64,000 nucleotides of DNA from an uncultured Nitrososphaeraceae archaeon (GCA_963729045.1 CAVSMN010000009.1:170480-234479), one strand, 5' to 3'; shown: positions 40,885-52,684, numbered from the stretch's first letter. The notes: generated by a model not told the origin, from the sequence alone. Made by a program: numbers and translations.

Positions 40885-41895
40885 TTGGATCGGTATATTA
40901 TAATAATATTTGGGAGATTGGTCATTCTTGACATGAATATCCGTAGGGCCAGATCCTCTGACAAAAATAAAGTCTTGGATTTTTGCGTAAATACGTTTGA
41001 ATGGGGGGATTATATTGATAGAGCTTGGGATAATTGGATAAGTGAGCCATCTAGTCTGCTATTTGTCTGTGAAACTCAGTTATCATCTTTCATTTCAAAA
41101 TCAGATCTCGTAGGAGTAATCCATATTCTTCAATGTTCAAATAATTCATTATGGATTGAAGGGCTACGGATAAATAAGCTATATAGAAACAATGGTTTTG
41201 CCACCGCCCTCTTAAATCATAGTATTGATTATGGAATCGAGAATAACTTAAATGAATGCTGTGCTTTGGTTTCTCAAGGTAATTTTGCTTCGCAAAAAAT
41301 GCTAGAAAAATTAGGATTTTTGAAACTCTTCATCTGTACTTATTATAATGTAAAGTTAGAAAAATTAGGATTTATGGGTAAGAAATTGTCCACATTTACA
41401 AATATGTCATCAATCAAATTAGTTATTAAAACACCACATTTGGCTGACGTCACCAAGATTCACAGATACTTATCTAATCCAAATACAACAAAGATTATGG
41501 ATGATAGATATTTTGATTCCTGGAGATTCTACAAATTCAATATGGATTATTCAAACTTAGTTTTACTAATAAAAAGTAATGAATTATTGATTGTTTTAAA
41601 TGAAGATGATAGAATAGTAGGAGTTATAATGATGAAAACAATTGTTAGTCAAGATAGCTTCGACAAAAAATCTGTGATACAAATTAGTTACTTTAATTGT
41701 ATCAAAAGGTCGTTATACTTAAAAGTCTTATACCTATTACTAGAGAAATATCATAATGATATGCGATTTGATAATATTCAGGTTTTTTTACCGACTTTTC
41801 TAGGATTAGGAAAATTTCTTAGTTTCGAATCAATTGATTACTCAGATCAGTTCTGTCTATATACAAAAAAAATTAAGGATATTCGGAATAAGTAA
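40885..41895 (+). CDS. GNAT-family acetyltransferase (start probably 40933)
   Basis: IRRA, WGDYI, WIEGLRINKLYRNNGFA acetyl-CoA motif and NFASQKMLEKLGF. Confidence 0.85.
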   Translation: MDRYIIIIFGRLVILDMNIRRARSSDKNKVLDFCVNTFEWGDYIDRAWDNWISEPSSLLFVCETQLSSFISKSDLVGVIHILQCSNNSLWIEGLRINKLYRNNGFATALLNHSIDYGIENNLNECCALVSQGNFASQKMLEKLGFLKLFICTYYNVKLEKLGFMGKKLSTFTNMSSIKLVIKTPHLADVTKIHRYLSNPNTTKIMDDRYFDSWRFYKFNMDYSNLVLLIKSNELLIVLNEDDRIVGVIMMKTIVSQDSFDKKSVIQISYFNCIKRSLYLKVLYLLLEKYHNDMRFDNIQVFLPTFLGLGKFLSFESIDYSDQFCLYTKKIKDIRNK

Positions 41896-42133
41896 TAATT
41901 TATCTCATGATTAAAACAACATAATATATTGTTGCATTATTATTGCTTAATCGATTCTAATTTACTAGATATATCCAGCAGAAGTGAGAATTCAAATAGT
42001 TGTTGTTCGAAATCGATATTGTTCATTGATCCAAAATATACTTTGGATAGGGATATCAATAATATCGACGTCAACTCGAATAACCATATATACAAAGTTA
42101 AATTCGAAATAATTCTGATGAGGAGTGAAAAAT

Positions 42134-42664
42134 CTATCTGGTTTCCTCTTTTACTTCTTTTCCACTCAATATTAACTTATAATGAATTAACATTCTTCTA
42201 GGCATACTGGCTAACGCAGCTTTCCCGTAAATTAATAAAAATTCAAAAATAATTGTAACCAGTAAAAATATCGTCATAGCCTCTCCAAAGAAAAAGAAAG
42301 TCAATTTATAATCCATCTTTGTTTTTTCGAGTAATCCAAGCCTCAAAATTATACCACAAGAAGTAATTACTATACGTGTTATGGTGGCCAGTATATAGGA
42401 GAAGTTGGAAAACCGTCCGAGATCAACAAAAATTATACCATTCCTATTTTTATAGAATCCTAATGTCTTATCAGAATATTTGTTGGCTAAATATAGGGAG
42501 ACACCAAAAGCAATCAAATAGGGGACTATAAATTAGATTGGAACCCCAATGATGAAAAATGAACTATAGAGTAAAAATAATGTAAGCACGAATTGTATAA
42601 TTGAATGGGTGATAACTTTTCTCTTATTTAATTTTTCAACTTTTATTACTGATTTAAATCTCAT
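42134..42664 (-). pseudogene. Membrane protein with in-frame stop
   Basis: MRFKSVIK...FFIIGVPI*FIVPYLIAFGVS; TAA at ~42533-42535 interrupts an otherwise continuous hydrophobic ORF. Confidence 0.6.
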
Positions 42665-42750
42665 GTCTATGCCACTAGTTCATCTTATTCTTTGATTCAT
42701 CAATTGTGTAATTTTGTATTCAAGCAAGATATGGTTAATGATATCTGATT

Positions 42751-44232
42751 TCATATCGATCTAATCCTTGACTTCATCTTTATACCATTTTTTGGATTAA
42801 GTGTGATTCCGGGATCCATTCTAATTTTTTGATTTGGGATAAGCTCTAATTTCCAATAACTTGAAACGGTAGCAATTAATAGTATGCCCTCTTGCCATGC
42901 GAAAGATTCCCCTATACAACCACGTATTCCTCCTCCAAATGGGAAATAACTAAACCTTGGTAAATGTCTTTTAAACTCATCAGTCCATCTGTCAGGATTG
43001 AATTCGCTCGGATTATCATAATATCGACTATCATGGTGCATAACATATTGACTCATTAGGATTGAAGATCCCTTTGGAATCGTATATTTATCAATCAAAT
43101 AATCCTCTTCAACCAATCTACCAATGCTCCAAACAGGTGGATAAATGCGCATTGATTCTCTAAATATTTTTTCAATATACTTGAATTTAGGAAGATCTTT
43201 GATTGTTGGATTTCTATAAGTCTTTTTCTTTCCATCTATATTTTTTAAAAGTACGGTATCTATTTCTTCAAACATTTTTTGTTCTACCTCCGGATGTTGG
43301 GATATGAGATAATAAGTCCATGTAACTGCATTTGATGTGGTTTCGTGTCCTGCTATGAGCATGGTTATAACATTGTCTCTAATTTGGTGATCAGTCATGG
43401 GGTTAAAGTCCGATACGGTGCTTGTTTGATGCTCGTCAAATTCATTATTTTGTTCCACTTTTGAATTAATGGTTGATAGTAATTGTGCTTGTATTAGCCT
43501 TGATAACAAGTCATCCTGCTTCTCTACTTGTTTACTTGATCCTTCACCTTCATCGATAACGGTAGTCTTCTTTCTATCTTCAATTAATTGATAAACTATG
43601 GAATCAAGTGTTTTTATCGATTCCCTGCTTTTATGTACTTCTGGTAGAATTTCAAAATGATCCAAAATGTGTCCTATTGGATGTTGAAGGCGTTTAAAGT
43701 ATTTCTTTGAAACTTCTAATGCAGACGAAAATTTAGATGCCTCGTCGGAATCAATTTCATAATTCATAATAGATTTACAAATTATTCTTAGAGTAACATT
43801 CATCATTTCTTTATGAATATCCATGATGCAGCCATCTTCCCATTCTTTGCACATCAAGGATGTCTTGTCTACAACGATTTGACCATAAGAAGCAATTCTC
43901 TTTGGTAGAAACAACGGGTGAATTATTTTTCTTTGACTATCATGTTTCTCACCCTCACTTGTTACTAAGCCTTCGCCCAACAATCTTTTGGCTGTTTGCA
44001 GCCTTTTACCTTTTCTAAAATTTTTATGATTATAGATCAAAATTTTTTCAATGTAATCTGGATTATTTATTAAATATACATGACCATTACCAATTTTAAA
44101 GTGAGTGATCTCTCCATAACTTTGTGCAAAATTACTTAAGGTTTTGATTGGATCTTTTGACAATTGACGTAGTAATCTTAGAGAAAATTTTGATGATGGT
44201 CCTGGAGGAAATTCTAGTATTGTCTTTGACAT
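42751..44232 (-). CDS. Cytochrome P450
   Basis: I-helix AGHETTS, ExxR (ESMR), FNPDRW and heme-ligand motif FGGGIRGCIG. Confidence 0.95.
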   Translation of the reverse strand: MSKTILEFPPGPSSKFSLRLLRQLSKDPIKTLSNFAQSYGEITHFKIGNGHVYLINNPDYIEKILIYNHKNFRKGKRLQTAKRLLGEGLVTSEGEKHDSQRKIIHPLFLPKRIASYGQIVVDKTSLMCKEWEDGCIMDIHKEMMNVTLRIICKSIMNYEIDSDEASKFSSALEVSKKYFKRLQHPIGHILDHFEILPEVHKSRESIKTLDSIVYQLIEDRKKTTVIDEGEGSSKQVEKQDDLLSRLIQAQLLSTINSKVEQNNEFDEHQTSTVSDFNPMTDHQIRDNVITMLIAGHETTSNAVTWTYYLISQHPEVEQKMFEEIDTVLLKNIDGKKKTYRNPTIKDLPKFKYIEKIFRESMRIYPPVWSIGRLVEEDYLIDKYTIPKGSSILMSQYVMHHDSRYYDNPSEFNPDRWTDEFKRHLPRFSYFPFGGGIRGCIGESFAWQEGILLIATVSSYWKLELIPNQKIRMDPGITLNPKNGIKMKSRIRSI

Positions 44233-44431
44233 TTTAGATCAAAACAGGGACAACTTACTTATATAAGTTGGTTAGCTTTTCTATCCATATGATAATAAAT
44301 ATTTTATGAAAAATTATCTTATCTGAAATGTTATCGTAGTTATCGTATCGTAGAACTCTAGCTTACATTGGTTAGAAAAATAGATTATTAATAATTATAC
44401 GTCTAGTATTATATTTTAGAAACAATAAGGG

Positions 44432-45295
44432 TTAGCATTGCCTGAGATCAATTGAAGCAATCGATTCAAGCAAAATTCTAGAAGCTAGAATTGAAGTTGC
44501 GTTATTGATGTCAAAATCCGGTAAGAGTTCTACTATATCAAGACCGAGAATACCTGAACCAACTGCCACCTTAATAAGAGTTATCAAATCAATACTTGAT
44601 AGGCCCCCTGCTGAGGGGACTGAAACTCCCGGAGCAAAGGCTGGGTCCAAACAATCAAGATCAATGGAAATATACTTGTTACCTTTGTTACTTTTTGCTT
44701 TCACTTTATCCATAATTTTCGCAATTCCGAATTCATTTATATCTAGAGGTGTAACAATGTCTAATCCTGCTTTAAAAGCATTATCTAATTCTTCTGGCTC
44801 GGCCGAACGCGTTCCTATCAAAATACTTTCATTAAAATCTATCCATCTTGAAGCATCATGCAATACGGAACCATAATAGTCATCTGTCGTTGAAACAAAA
44901 TCGGGATGAGCATCAAAATATACTAGTCCTGTCTTACCAATATAGTCCCCTATTGCATGCAATATAACAGTAGTGATCGAGTGATCTCCTCCTATGACGA
45001 TGGGAATTTTTTTTGAGGAAACTAGTTCAAATATTAGTCGGTACAAGTCTTCTCTCCTAATATTACCATAATCAAAAATACATTTTCCATCTATTATTCC
45101 ACGCATTGGGCATATTGGAATAGTTTTTCCTCCTCTCTCAAAAAAGTTAGACTCGTTAGATGATCTTCGAAGAATGTCTGGACCCTTTATTGTACCCTTT
45201 CTCTTCGCGTGGGATTTAGATTCATCAGGTACACCAATTATAACAATATCAGCTTTTGAGACCTCATTTACATTTGAATAATTAAGAGTAATCAT
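44432..45295 (-). CDS. Ureohydrolase (agmatinase/arginase family)
   Basis: GGDHSIT, FDAHPD and SIDLDCLDP metal-binding motifs. Confidence 0.9.
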   Translation of the reverse strand: MITLNYSNVNEVSKADIVIIGVPDESKSHAKRKGTIKGPDILRRSSNESNFFERGGKTIPICPMRGIIDGKCIFDYGNIRREDLYRLIFELVSSKKIPIVIGGDHSITTVILHAIGDYIGKTGLVYFDAHPDFVSTTDDYYGSVLHDASRWIDFNESILIGTRSAEPEELDNAFKAGLDIVTPLDINEFGIAKIMDKVKAKSNKGNKYISIDLDCLDPAFAPGVSVPSAGGLSSIDLITLIKVAVGSGILGLDIVELLPDFDINNATSILASRILLESIASIDLRQC

Positions 45296-45400
45296 GTATC
45301 AATATTTCATTAGTTTTCATAATAATCTTGCTCCAGCTTAATTCATCCGACAATGGATCTTAATATGGAAGTAGATGTACGGCAAGCGTCACTATGAATT

Positions 45401-46045
45401 TCAATTTCTATTTTTTCTCAACGATCTTATTTTTACAAAAAATCTTTCGAGAAAAACAGCCCATTTAATCTTTAGGAAGAATACGAATAAAATACCAAAT
45501 ACGATTATTGATATTATTACTGTAACAATTAACGTATTAATATCTAACGACATTTCAGAAAAATTTCCTATTATTGGTTTGCCAATAATTATTGTTCCCC
45601 ACACTACTATTACATTCAATAACATTTTGGAAGAAAATGTGATCAAGATGAATTTTAAAGGATTATATCTGTACATTCCAAATGGAATAAAAATAATATT
45701 GTCCGGAATAGGTGTAATACCTGCCAGAAATATCGTTAAACCTCCATATTTTCTTAGGATCCTATAAGTTTCTGGATAATCTTCTGAATTAAAGTTTCTT
45801 TTTAAATTACCAATGTTTGTTCCATAATAGCTAATCATATATACAATTGATTTAGCACTTACGGCTCCAAGTGCACCAAATAGAACTATTAAATTTGGAT
45901 CTAAATCAGTGACTAAAACTGCTGTCATTAGAATGGGAAAATAAGGAATTGGAACAATAATTAGCACCGCAGAAATAAATGTCAAAAGAAATATCGCTAA
46001 GTAATCCATTCCCTCAATGAAGTGTATAAAGTCAAATATCTCCAT
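45401..46045 (-). CDS. DedA/VTT (SNARE-associated) membrane protein
   Basis: IVPIPY, GALGA and TPIPDNIIFIPFG motifs. Confidence 0.8.
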   Translation of the reverse strand: MEIFDFIHFIEGMDYLAIFLLTFISAVLIIVPIPYFPILMTAVLVTDLDPNLIVLFGALGAVSAKSIVYMISYYGTNIGNLKRNFNSEDYPETYRILRKYGGLTIFLAGITPIPDNIIFIPFGMYRYNPLKFILITFSSKMLLNVIVVWGTIIIGKPIIGNFSEMSLDINTLIVTVIISIIVFGILFVFFLKIKWAVFLERFFVKIRSLRKNRN

Positions 46046-46623
46046 GGTAATAAGTACAATACTTATACTTGATTAATTACTGTTTTTTTTAACCAAGATG
46101 GGGTCTTTGTGTAATCATTGCCCAAAAAGACATCCGAACTTGTTAACCTCAAATCTTTTTGATATATTTGAAATTATTTAATCAATAAATAATGATTTAC
46201 TATAATCTATTCCAATTTTGTCTATTCATTTTATTAAATTCAACCTTCTGGAATATTTTTAGTGAATCTATAGTCAAATATTAATATGTTACCTCCGTAA
46301 ACTTTAGATTTTTGCAGGATTACCTGTGTTTGCCTACGCGGATAAACCTAGATAGGCGCGATTTCGATTGTCAGATTTGTTAATTTTGGAAATAATTAAA
46401 ACTCGGGGGATCATAATTACATTACTCGTCTGAATAAGTAATTGGAATTGTAAGAATCATCCTCTCATAGGTTTAGATATAATCAAAAATCTTGAATTTA
46501 GCCATTATAGTCAATATTCTAGTGACAAAATATTAGATTTTGAGATCGTTACTATGTTTTTATTGTATTTCAATTCAAATTAGAGCCAATAAATTTATTT
46601 AATACCCTATAATAGATTGATTA

Positions 46624-46906
46624 TTGGATAATAAACAGAAAAGCAACAAAAGCAACAAAAGCAACAAAAGCAACAAAAGCAACAAAAGCAACAAAAGCAA
46701 CAAAAGCAACAAAAGCAACACCTGTAAAAAGTGGAACAAAAGCAACAAAAGCAACAAAAGCAACACCTGTAAAAAGTGGAACAAAAGCAACAAAAGCAAC
46801 AAAAGCAACACCTGTAAAAAGTGGAACAAACGATATACCCGTGGTCAAAAAGACTGTAACCAAAACCAAATCAAAGCCATCTACAAAGAAAGAGAAATCT
46901 CTGTAA
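46624..46906 (+). CDS. Putative Lys/Ala/Thr-rich histone-H1-like protein (needs one indel near 46639)
   Basis: The frame starting 46640 reads (KAT)9PVKSGT(KAT)3PVKSGT(KAT)3PVKSGTNDIPVVKKTVTKTKSKPSTKKEKSL*, followed by T-tracts; the TTG start at 46624 is in the neighbouring frame. Confidence 0.5.
46639..46827. repeat. 9-bp tandem repeat (AAAAGCAAC) nested in a 45-bp higher-order repeat
   Basis: 9 copies, then ACCTGTAAAAAGTGGAAC, 3 copies, same 18-mer, 3 copies, same 18-mer. Confidence 0.93.
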
Positions 46907-47528
46907 GTTAGTTTTTTCACAATTTTTTCATATTTTATTAAATCTGGTTCTCTATTTTATTTGCTCTAGCATTTGAATGACAAAACCTCAATTCATTGAA
47001 TCGTGATACAACAGAATGTTCAAAATAACTAGAATTAGGATCGTCTACAATCGTGAGTTCACCGATAGCAAGAACCATGTCCTTACAAGTGTAGTAATAA
47101 AAAAAACTCTTAGTTAAGATGATTAACATGTCTAGATAAGAACCTTTAGTAAGAAGAATCAAAGTTGACCAAGGTTGTTGAACAATATTCGTTCTTTTGT
47201 TATATATTATTAGATAACATTACCTAAAATGGATTACATTGTACAGATAATTCTGTAAAGTCACAAAAATTAGGGTCATTCTTTAATTTTATCTTCGGTA
47301 TATCATACTATAAAGGCTTACCTCGGAATAGATTATACTTTGTCTATGCGAATGTGATTACAATAAACAAATAATATGATGTTTGTATAATGTTTGAATT
47401 TTAAACATGGCGTTAAGATTAGTCATAGAATAATCTTGGGAACTGTTGCTTTCTACTTGGGCCATCATAAAATGACTATTAATCAAGTTGTAGTTTACAT
47501 AGATAAAGGGGACTCAAGTTAAGTAGAT

Positions 47529-47831
47529 ATGGGAATTAATATAGTATATACTTCTGAGGACAATAAATTTAAGCCATTCAATCTATACTTTGAGCCATAT
47601 ATTTCTGAAAGCAACGCCGCTAATCATTCTACTCTGAAGCTAGTTAACAAGGATTTGGCATTAGAAATTTACTTGGAAAATAATGATAATGAACTTATCA
47701 TAAATCAAAAAATACAGCGCGATCTTATGCTGTCATATGAAAAAATTGTGATCGAATATGATGATAGTAAACAAATATTCCGAACTTTGAAAAAAGTTAA
47801 AGCAAATTTAGAGAACTTAGTTAACCAATGA
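47529..47831 (+). CDS. Hypothetical protein
   Basis: 100-aa ATG ORF with protein-like composition. Confidence 0.5.
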   Translation: MGINIVYTSEDNKFKPFNLYFEPYISESNAANHSTLKLVNKDLALEIYLENNDNELIINQKIQRDLMLSYEKIVIEYDDSKQIFRTLKKVKANLENLVNQ

Positions 47832-48627
47832 TTAGAATATTACAAATATTGCTATTGAAAATAGAGGCGTACGGTCAAACATGTATACAACCGGTAAATT
47901 AAATTAATATATTGATAATTAAAAACAAGGGCGATTTTTATTTTCAACAATGACTTTGAATACAAATACTTTTTTCAAGTGTACATAACATGAAATTTGC
48001 ACTTGGACTTATTGATATCAAATGTCTCCTTTATTTAATTCCCATTATACTTTGATATTTGTTAGATATTTGTTAGTGGTACTTGATGCCTACTGAGTCA
48101 ACGTTTCTTTCTTTTCTCAAGATGCCTATTTTTCTTTAATCACTATTAAATTGTCTTAACCAGGATTGCTGAAACATGTTAAAGAATAGAGACATAATAT
48201 TAGTTGACAATATAGTACAATATTACACTGCGTAATATATATAAATCTAGTAGATAATTAAATGTAATGAATAAAAAAAAGCAAATGATAAAACTGAAAA
48301 TTATTAGTCGATCTCCATACCTAATGGGCATAAGAAAAAGGATAAAGATACATAGTGAAAAATAAAGAAATATATAATAAATGAAGTATATTATAAATAA
48401 AGTAACTAATATCATATTGGCATTATCCCATGATATATTCTTCTATTTATCACCATATTATGAACTCTATCTTGGAACTCTTAACCTTGAAGCACTAAAA
48501 CTATATAATAGTATCATAAATATGTTCGATCAATAGGTACAACTGACTGTTCTAAATATTACTACGAAATATTGTAAATAATCTTTTTAATACTAATTTT
48601 ATATAATATGATTACTATTATATTCAT

Positions 48628-48943
48628 ATGACTCTCATTGAAAAAAATAGTGATTTTGTAACTCTAATAAATTTATTCACAGTCGACCAATCAAAACAAA
48701 AAATACTTATAGATATGTTGATAGAAGCTACCGAACAAATTATGAAAAAGCAGGAGGGCTTCATATCAGCTAATATACAACGTAGCCTGGATGGAACTGC
48801 CGTAGTAAATTATGCACAGTGGAAAAGTAAGGATGCATTTGAAAAAAATGCTCAATAACCCCAAAGCACAAATTCACATGAATGATATCTTAAATATAGC
48901 AGGATCAGATGGAAGGCTGTACGAAGCAGTTTTTACCGAGTGA
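48628..48943 (+). pseudogene. Antibiotic biosynthesis monooxygenase (ABM) family protein, frameshift in A7 run at ~48842-48848
   Basis: TLINLFTV, GFISANIQRSLDG and VNYAQWKS; continues MLNNPKAQIHMNDILNIAGSDGRLYEAVFTE* after the shift. Confidence 0.75.
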
Positions 48944-49252
48944 AAATCTTCCAGTTAACTATTTTTTGTCCATTTAGCGACTTGATCCATTGACGAAATC
49001 CAACTAGACTATATGTTGAATCATGTGGCATAGAAAGTAGCCACTTGCTACCATTTCATTATACATACGGATACTTATTTTTTGGAAACAATAAATACAT
49101 ACAAGAAAATGGTGTCATTAGGTAAAGATTGTAGGATGACGAAAGTGGCAATTTTCTTAAAAATAAAATTTTTTTTAATAGTTAAATTATGCATTATACA
49201 GTTACGAAGGTACAAATTAAATAAAGTTTGATACTTGGATCATTATTTTATC

Positions 49253-49738
49253 TTAAATTTGAAGACATGCGACTAAAAGTAGCATTATCTGTTCTCTTTG
49301 TTTTCTATCATCTAATTTCTCGTCAATCTGTTTTTGAAGTTCTTTATATTTTTTATATTTTTTATCCCATTTCAAAAGCACAAACCATTGTCTGATTCCT
49401 ATACCTAACCACACAAGAACAATTATTATAGGTACTAGGGGCAAAAATCTAAAAGAAGGGCTTGGTTTGGTATCCCATGACTTTTCATCACTAGTTTCAT
49501 TCCTGCTATCAAAGGGAAATGGCTAACCCAAAAGTGAAAAGCTCAACATACATGCTATAGGAGGAATAATAATAATAGTTAGTAACATTATAATGAAAAG
49601 TTTCTTGGTTTTATTTAGTTGATCAATTATCCCATCCATTATGTAAAAAATACTAGAATCTGATCTTGTATTGTTGTTATCAGAATTATTTTTGTTGTCA
49701 TTGTTATCTTCGTTATCATTATTGTTTGATTTTTTCAT
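49253..49738 (-). pseudogene. Two-TM membrane protein, frameshifted
   Basis: ORFs 49523..49738 and 49253..49444 look like halves of one gene (IFYIMDGIIDQLNKTKK..TM..TM..WLGIGIRQWFVLLKWDKKY). Confidence 0.65.
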
Positions 49739-50039
49739 TAGTCTCGCCTCTCCTTTTCATTATTTCTTGGAAATAGTTCTTCATAAGGTGCCAGAATTTC
49801 ATTCAAAATTAATCTTCCTCTTTCTGAGACTTTGTAGTTGATTATAACTTTGCTACCTAATTTTCTTCCATTCTATTGATCAATTCTTTTCTGACCATAT
49901 CATCCAAGATTTCTTTATGTTTAACATTATTCAAACCACAGTAACTCATAAGCTTACTCTGATTAATTTCACCATATTCACAAAGTTTCAAGAGAATATC
50001 CTTCCTGATAAATATTCGATCACGGTATTCATGAACCAC
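49738..50039 (-). pseudogene. Winged-helix regulator (HTH_45-like), frameshifted; translationally coupled (TAATG) to the membrane gene
   Basis: YRDRIFIRKDILLKLCEYGEINQSKLMSYCGLN; after a shift at ~49858 it continues GSKVIINYKVSERGRLILNEILAPYEELFPR...*. Confidence 0.7.
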
Positions 50040-50395
50040 AATGAATCAATCAGACTAAATTATACATTGATTAATATTAAAATTTTTGATATAGATAAGT
50101 ACATTGGCTAGTCTTCATGTAATGGTAGAAAATAATTTATGACCTAAGATTTTATCCACTTTGCCGATACTCACACTCCTATCTATGAGGGGGAAGAATT
50201 ATGGGATGGATTTGTTATATTGTAAGGATCAAATATAGAGATGTTTTGTAGCAAGATGTCTAAAAATAAAAAATAAAAAATATCAAGCAGGTTATGAAGA
50301 GTTTACTAAAACTTTTAACACCTGGATCAGGCTATTAATGGGGAGTTCTCTCGCATTAATGCTTATTAGTATCGAAAAAGGATATAGTAGAATAA

Positions 50396-50812
50396 ATGAC
50401 AACAAAAATTTTCGTGAACCTGCCTGTGAAGGATCTAAACAGAGCGGTAGAGTTCTTTACTAAACTTGGTTTTAAGTTTAATCCTCAATTTACGGATAAG
50501 AATGCAACATGTATGATAATCAGCGAGGATATTTTTGTCATGCTACTAGTTGAAGAGTTTTTTAAAACCTTTACTAAAAAAGAAATTTGCAATACTTCAA
50601 AAAATATAGAGGCTATAATAGCACTATCGGCTGAGAGTAGAGAAAACGTTGATGAAATGATTAATAAAGCAATAGAGGCTGGAGGGACTGAACCGAGAAA
50701 ACCACAAGACCATGGATGGATGTATGATCGTGCTTTTGAAGATATTGATGGACATCTGTGGGAGATAATATACATGAATGAAAGCGGGTTAAAATCAAAT
50801 GACACAGCATGA
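50396..50812 (+). CDS. VOC/glyoxalase family protein
   Basis: IFVNLPVKDL, FFTKLGF and DHGWMYDRAFEDIDGHLWE. Confidence 0.9.
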   Translation: MTTKIFVNLPVKDLNRAVEFFTKLGFKFNPQFTDKNATCMIISEDIFVMLLVEEFFKTFTKKEICNTSKNIEAIIALSAESRENVDEMINKAIEAGGTEPRKPQDHGWMYDRAFEDIDGHLWEIIYMNESGLKSNDTA

Positions 50813-51124
50813 TAATACAATAAAAGATAGACTTGATCTTGTTGCTTATATCAAGTGACATCTAACAAAAAACTAAAAAAATTTAAAATGAACTATAGTG
50901 GAGATGTATAGGAATTCAAGTAGTTGATTTTCTAATCTAATATATTTTACTGAGTCAGATCTCATTACTCCATATATTGTGCATGATTTTACAAATGGCT
51001 TGTTTAATAAGGTGGATAAGACTCGAATTATTCCTGCATATCAAAAGTTATGAATCATCTTCATAAAAAAATTAATACCGTTTAGATTAAATAAAATGGA
51101 ATGTTTTCTTGCATGATGCTATAG

Positions 51125-51691
51125 ATGACTTCTAAGGTAATAAATGAAATTAAGATTAAAGGTGGTAGGGTGCTGACACTAGTTGAGGGGGATATTACTG
51201 AAAGAATTGTCGATGTAATAGTCAATCCCGCAAATTCTTACTTACAACATGGTGGTGGAATTGCTAGTACTATAGTAAGGAAAGGAGGGAGTATTATACA
51301 GGAGGAAAGTGATAAGATAGGTTTTGTTCAAGTAGGATCATCCACAATAACTTCTAGCGGAATTTTGCCATGTAAAGCTATCATACATACTGTAGGTCCA
51401 AGAATGGGTGAGGGGAATGAGGATGAAAAATTGAACAAAGCCATCAATAGCTGTCTTGAACTTGGCTTGCGAAAAGGATTTGAAAGCATCTCAATCCCTG
51501 CAATCAGTTCAGGTATATTTGGTTTTCCAAAGGATAGATGTGCCAAAATATTAGTAAATGAAACGATATCTTTTCTGGAAAACCTGGAAGACTCACCCAC
51601 AGGTATTAAGTTAGTAGAATTCTGCATACTTGGGAAAGACACCTTACAAGCTTTTCAATATGAATTCGAAAAATCAAAACCAGAATCCTAA
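51125..51691 (+). CDS. Macro domain protein (ADP-ribose binding/hydrolase)
   Basis: GDIT, IVNPANSYLQHGGGIA, IIHTVGP and PAISSGIFGFP. Confidence 0.93.
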   Translation: MTSKVINEIKIKGGRVLTLVEGDITERIVDVIVNPANSYLQHGGGIASTIVRKGGSIIQEESDKIGFVQVGSSTITSSGILPCKAIIHTVGPRMGEGNEDEKLNKAINSCLELGLRKGFESISIPAISSGIFGFPKDRCAKILVNETISFLENLEDSPTGIKLVEFCILGKDTLQAFQYEFEKSKPES

Positions 51692-51889
51692 AATCAGTAC
51701 AATTGTTCTTCAATTATATATTTATTTGACTTTAGCTAAGAAAGGAATAAGAATTAATATTTATGAATTTTTCCTGTTGTTGATTAAAAAAAACAAACTG
51801 TTATCATTATTATCTTTTCTGAAGAGCAACAGCAGGAGGATGACATGATTTAGTGCTAATTTTTATATACTCACTCACTTTGTTTATCG

Positions 51890-52684
51890 ATGATTATCAT
51901 ATTAATAACAAACTTACAACTAATGGTTATATTTTTTTTCTTGTTTGTTTATTTCCGTTTCAATTATAATTGTTAATTCAGAACCCATTCAGATTTTTGC
52001 TCAAACAGTTTCTATTGAAAATGATAATAAAACAGGACAAGAATATGTTAACAACACCCTATTTATTTCAGGAACTGCAACTGAAAAGCAAAATCAGACT
52101 TGGTAACAATTTCAATTGGAGTAGAAACCACTAACAGAACCGCGACTGATGCGGTAGCTGCAAATTCATTAAAAATGAATAATATTGTTTCTGCTTTAAA
52201 GAATAATGGTGTAAGTGAGGACGAAATTAGCACCTCTCAATTTAGTATTAACCCTAACTACAATTTTTCTCAATCAGGTAATATCCTAGAACTACCGGAT
52301 TTACTGTAACCAACGCACTAAAAATTCAAAGCATGAACCTGAGTAACATTTCTTTATGGATTGATTCCGCGGTAAATGCCGGAGCAAATACTATTGGTGG
52401 TATTGATTTTCAAGTGTCTGAAAAACGACTGGATAATTTAAGAAATATGCTAATTGAAGATGCGATTGCCAATGCCAGACAAAGCTAATATCGCATCTTC
52501 CGCAGTTGGATAAATATTATTGGGATTAAATCTATGATAATTGATACCGACGGATTTAATCCGCCACAACCATTTGCGAATGAATTTGTGCAAAGATCTG
52601 TTCTCAGGGGCTCCTACAACTCCAATAATACCTGGAGAACAAGAAATTTCAGTGTCTGCACATATTGCCTATTTGTTGAGATGA
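51890..52684 (+). pseudogene. SIMPL/DUF541 family protein, multiple frameshifts
   Basis: Fragments VTISIGVET..A...N...MNNIVSALK..GV..I.TSQFSINPNY, GFTVTN, IDSAVNAGAN.IGGIDF and PIIPGEQEISVSAHIAY lie in different frames. Confidence 0.75.

Noticed and set aside
46599..46920. Poly-Leu and (VAF)n minus-strand ORFs
   Set aside because: Stop-free by-products of the 9-bp repeat; the + strand K-rich frame fits the unique 3' sequence better.
48200..48415. Hydrophobic 71-aa ORF
   Set aside because: Extremely AT-rich low-complexity sequence with I/F/Y/L bias and no motif; likely spurious.
49107..49149. Hammerhead ribozyme (stem followed by GAAA)
   Set aside because: The CUGANGA core is absent.
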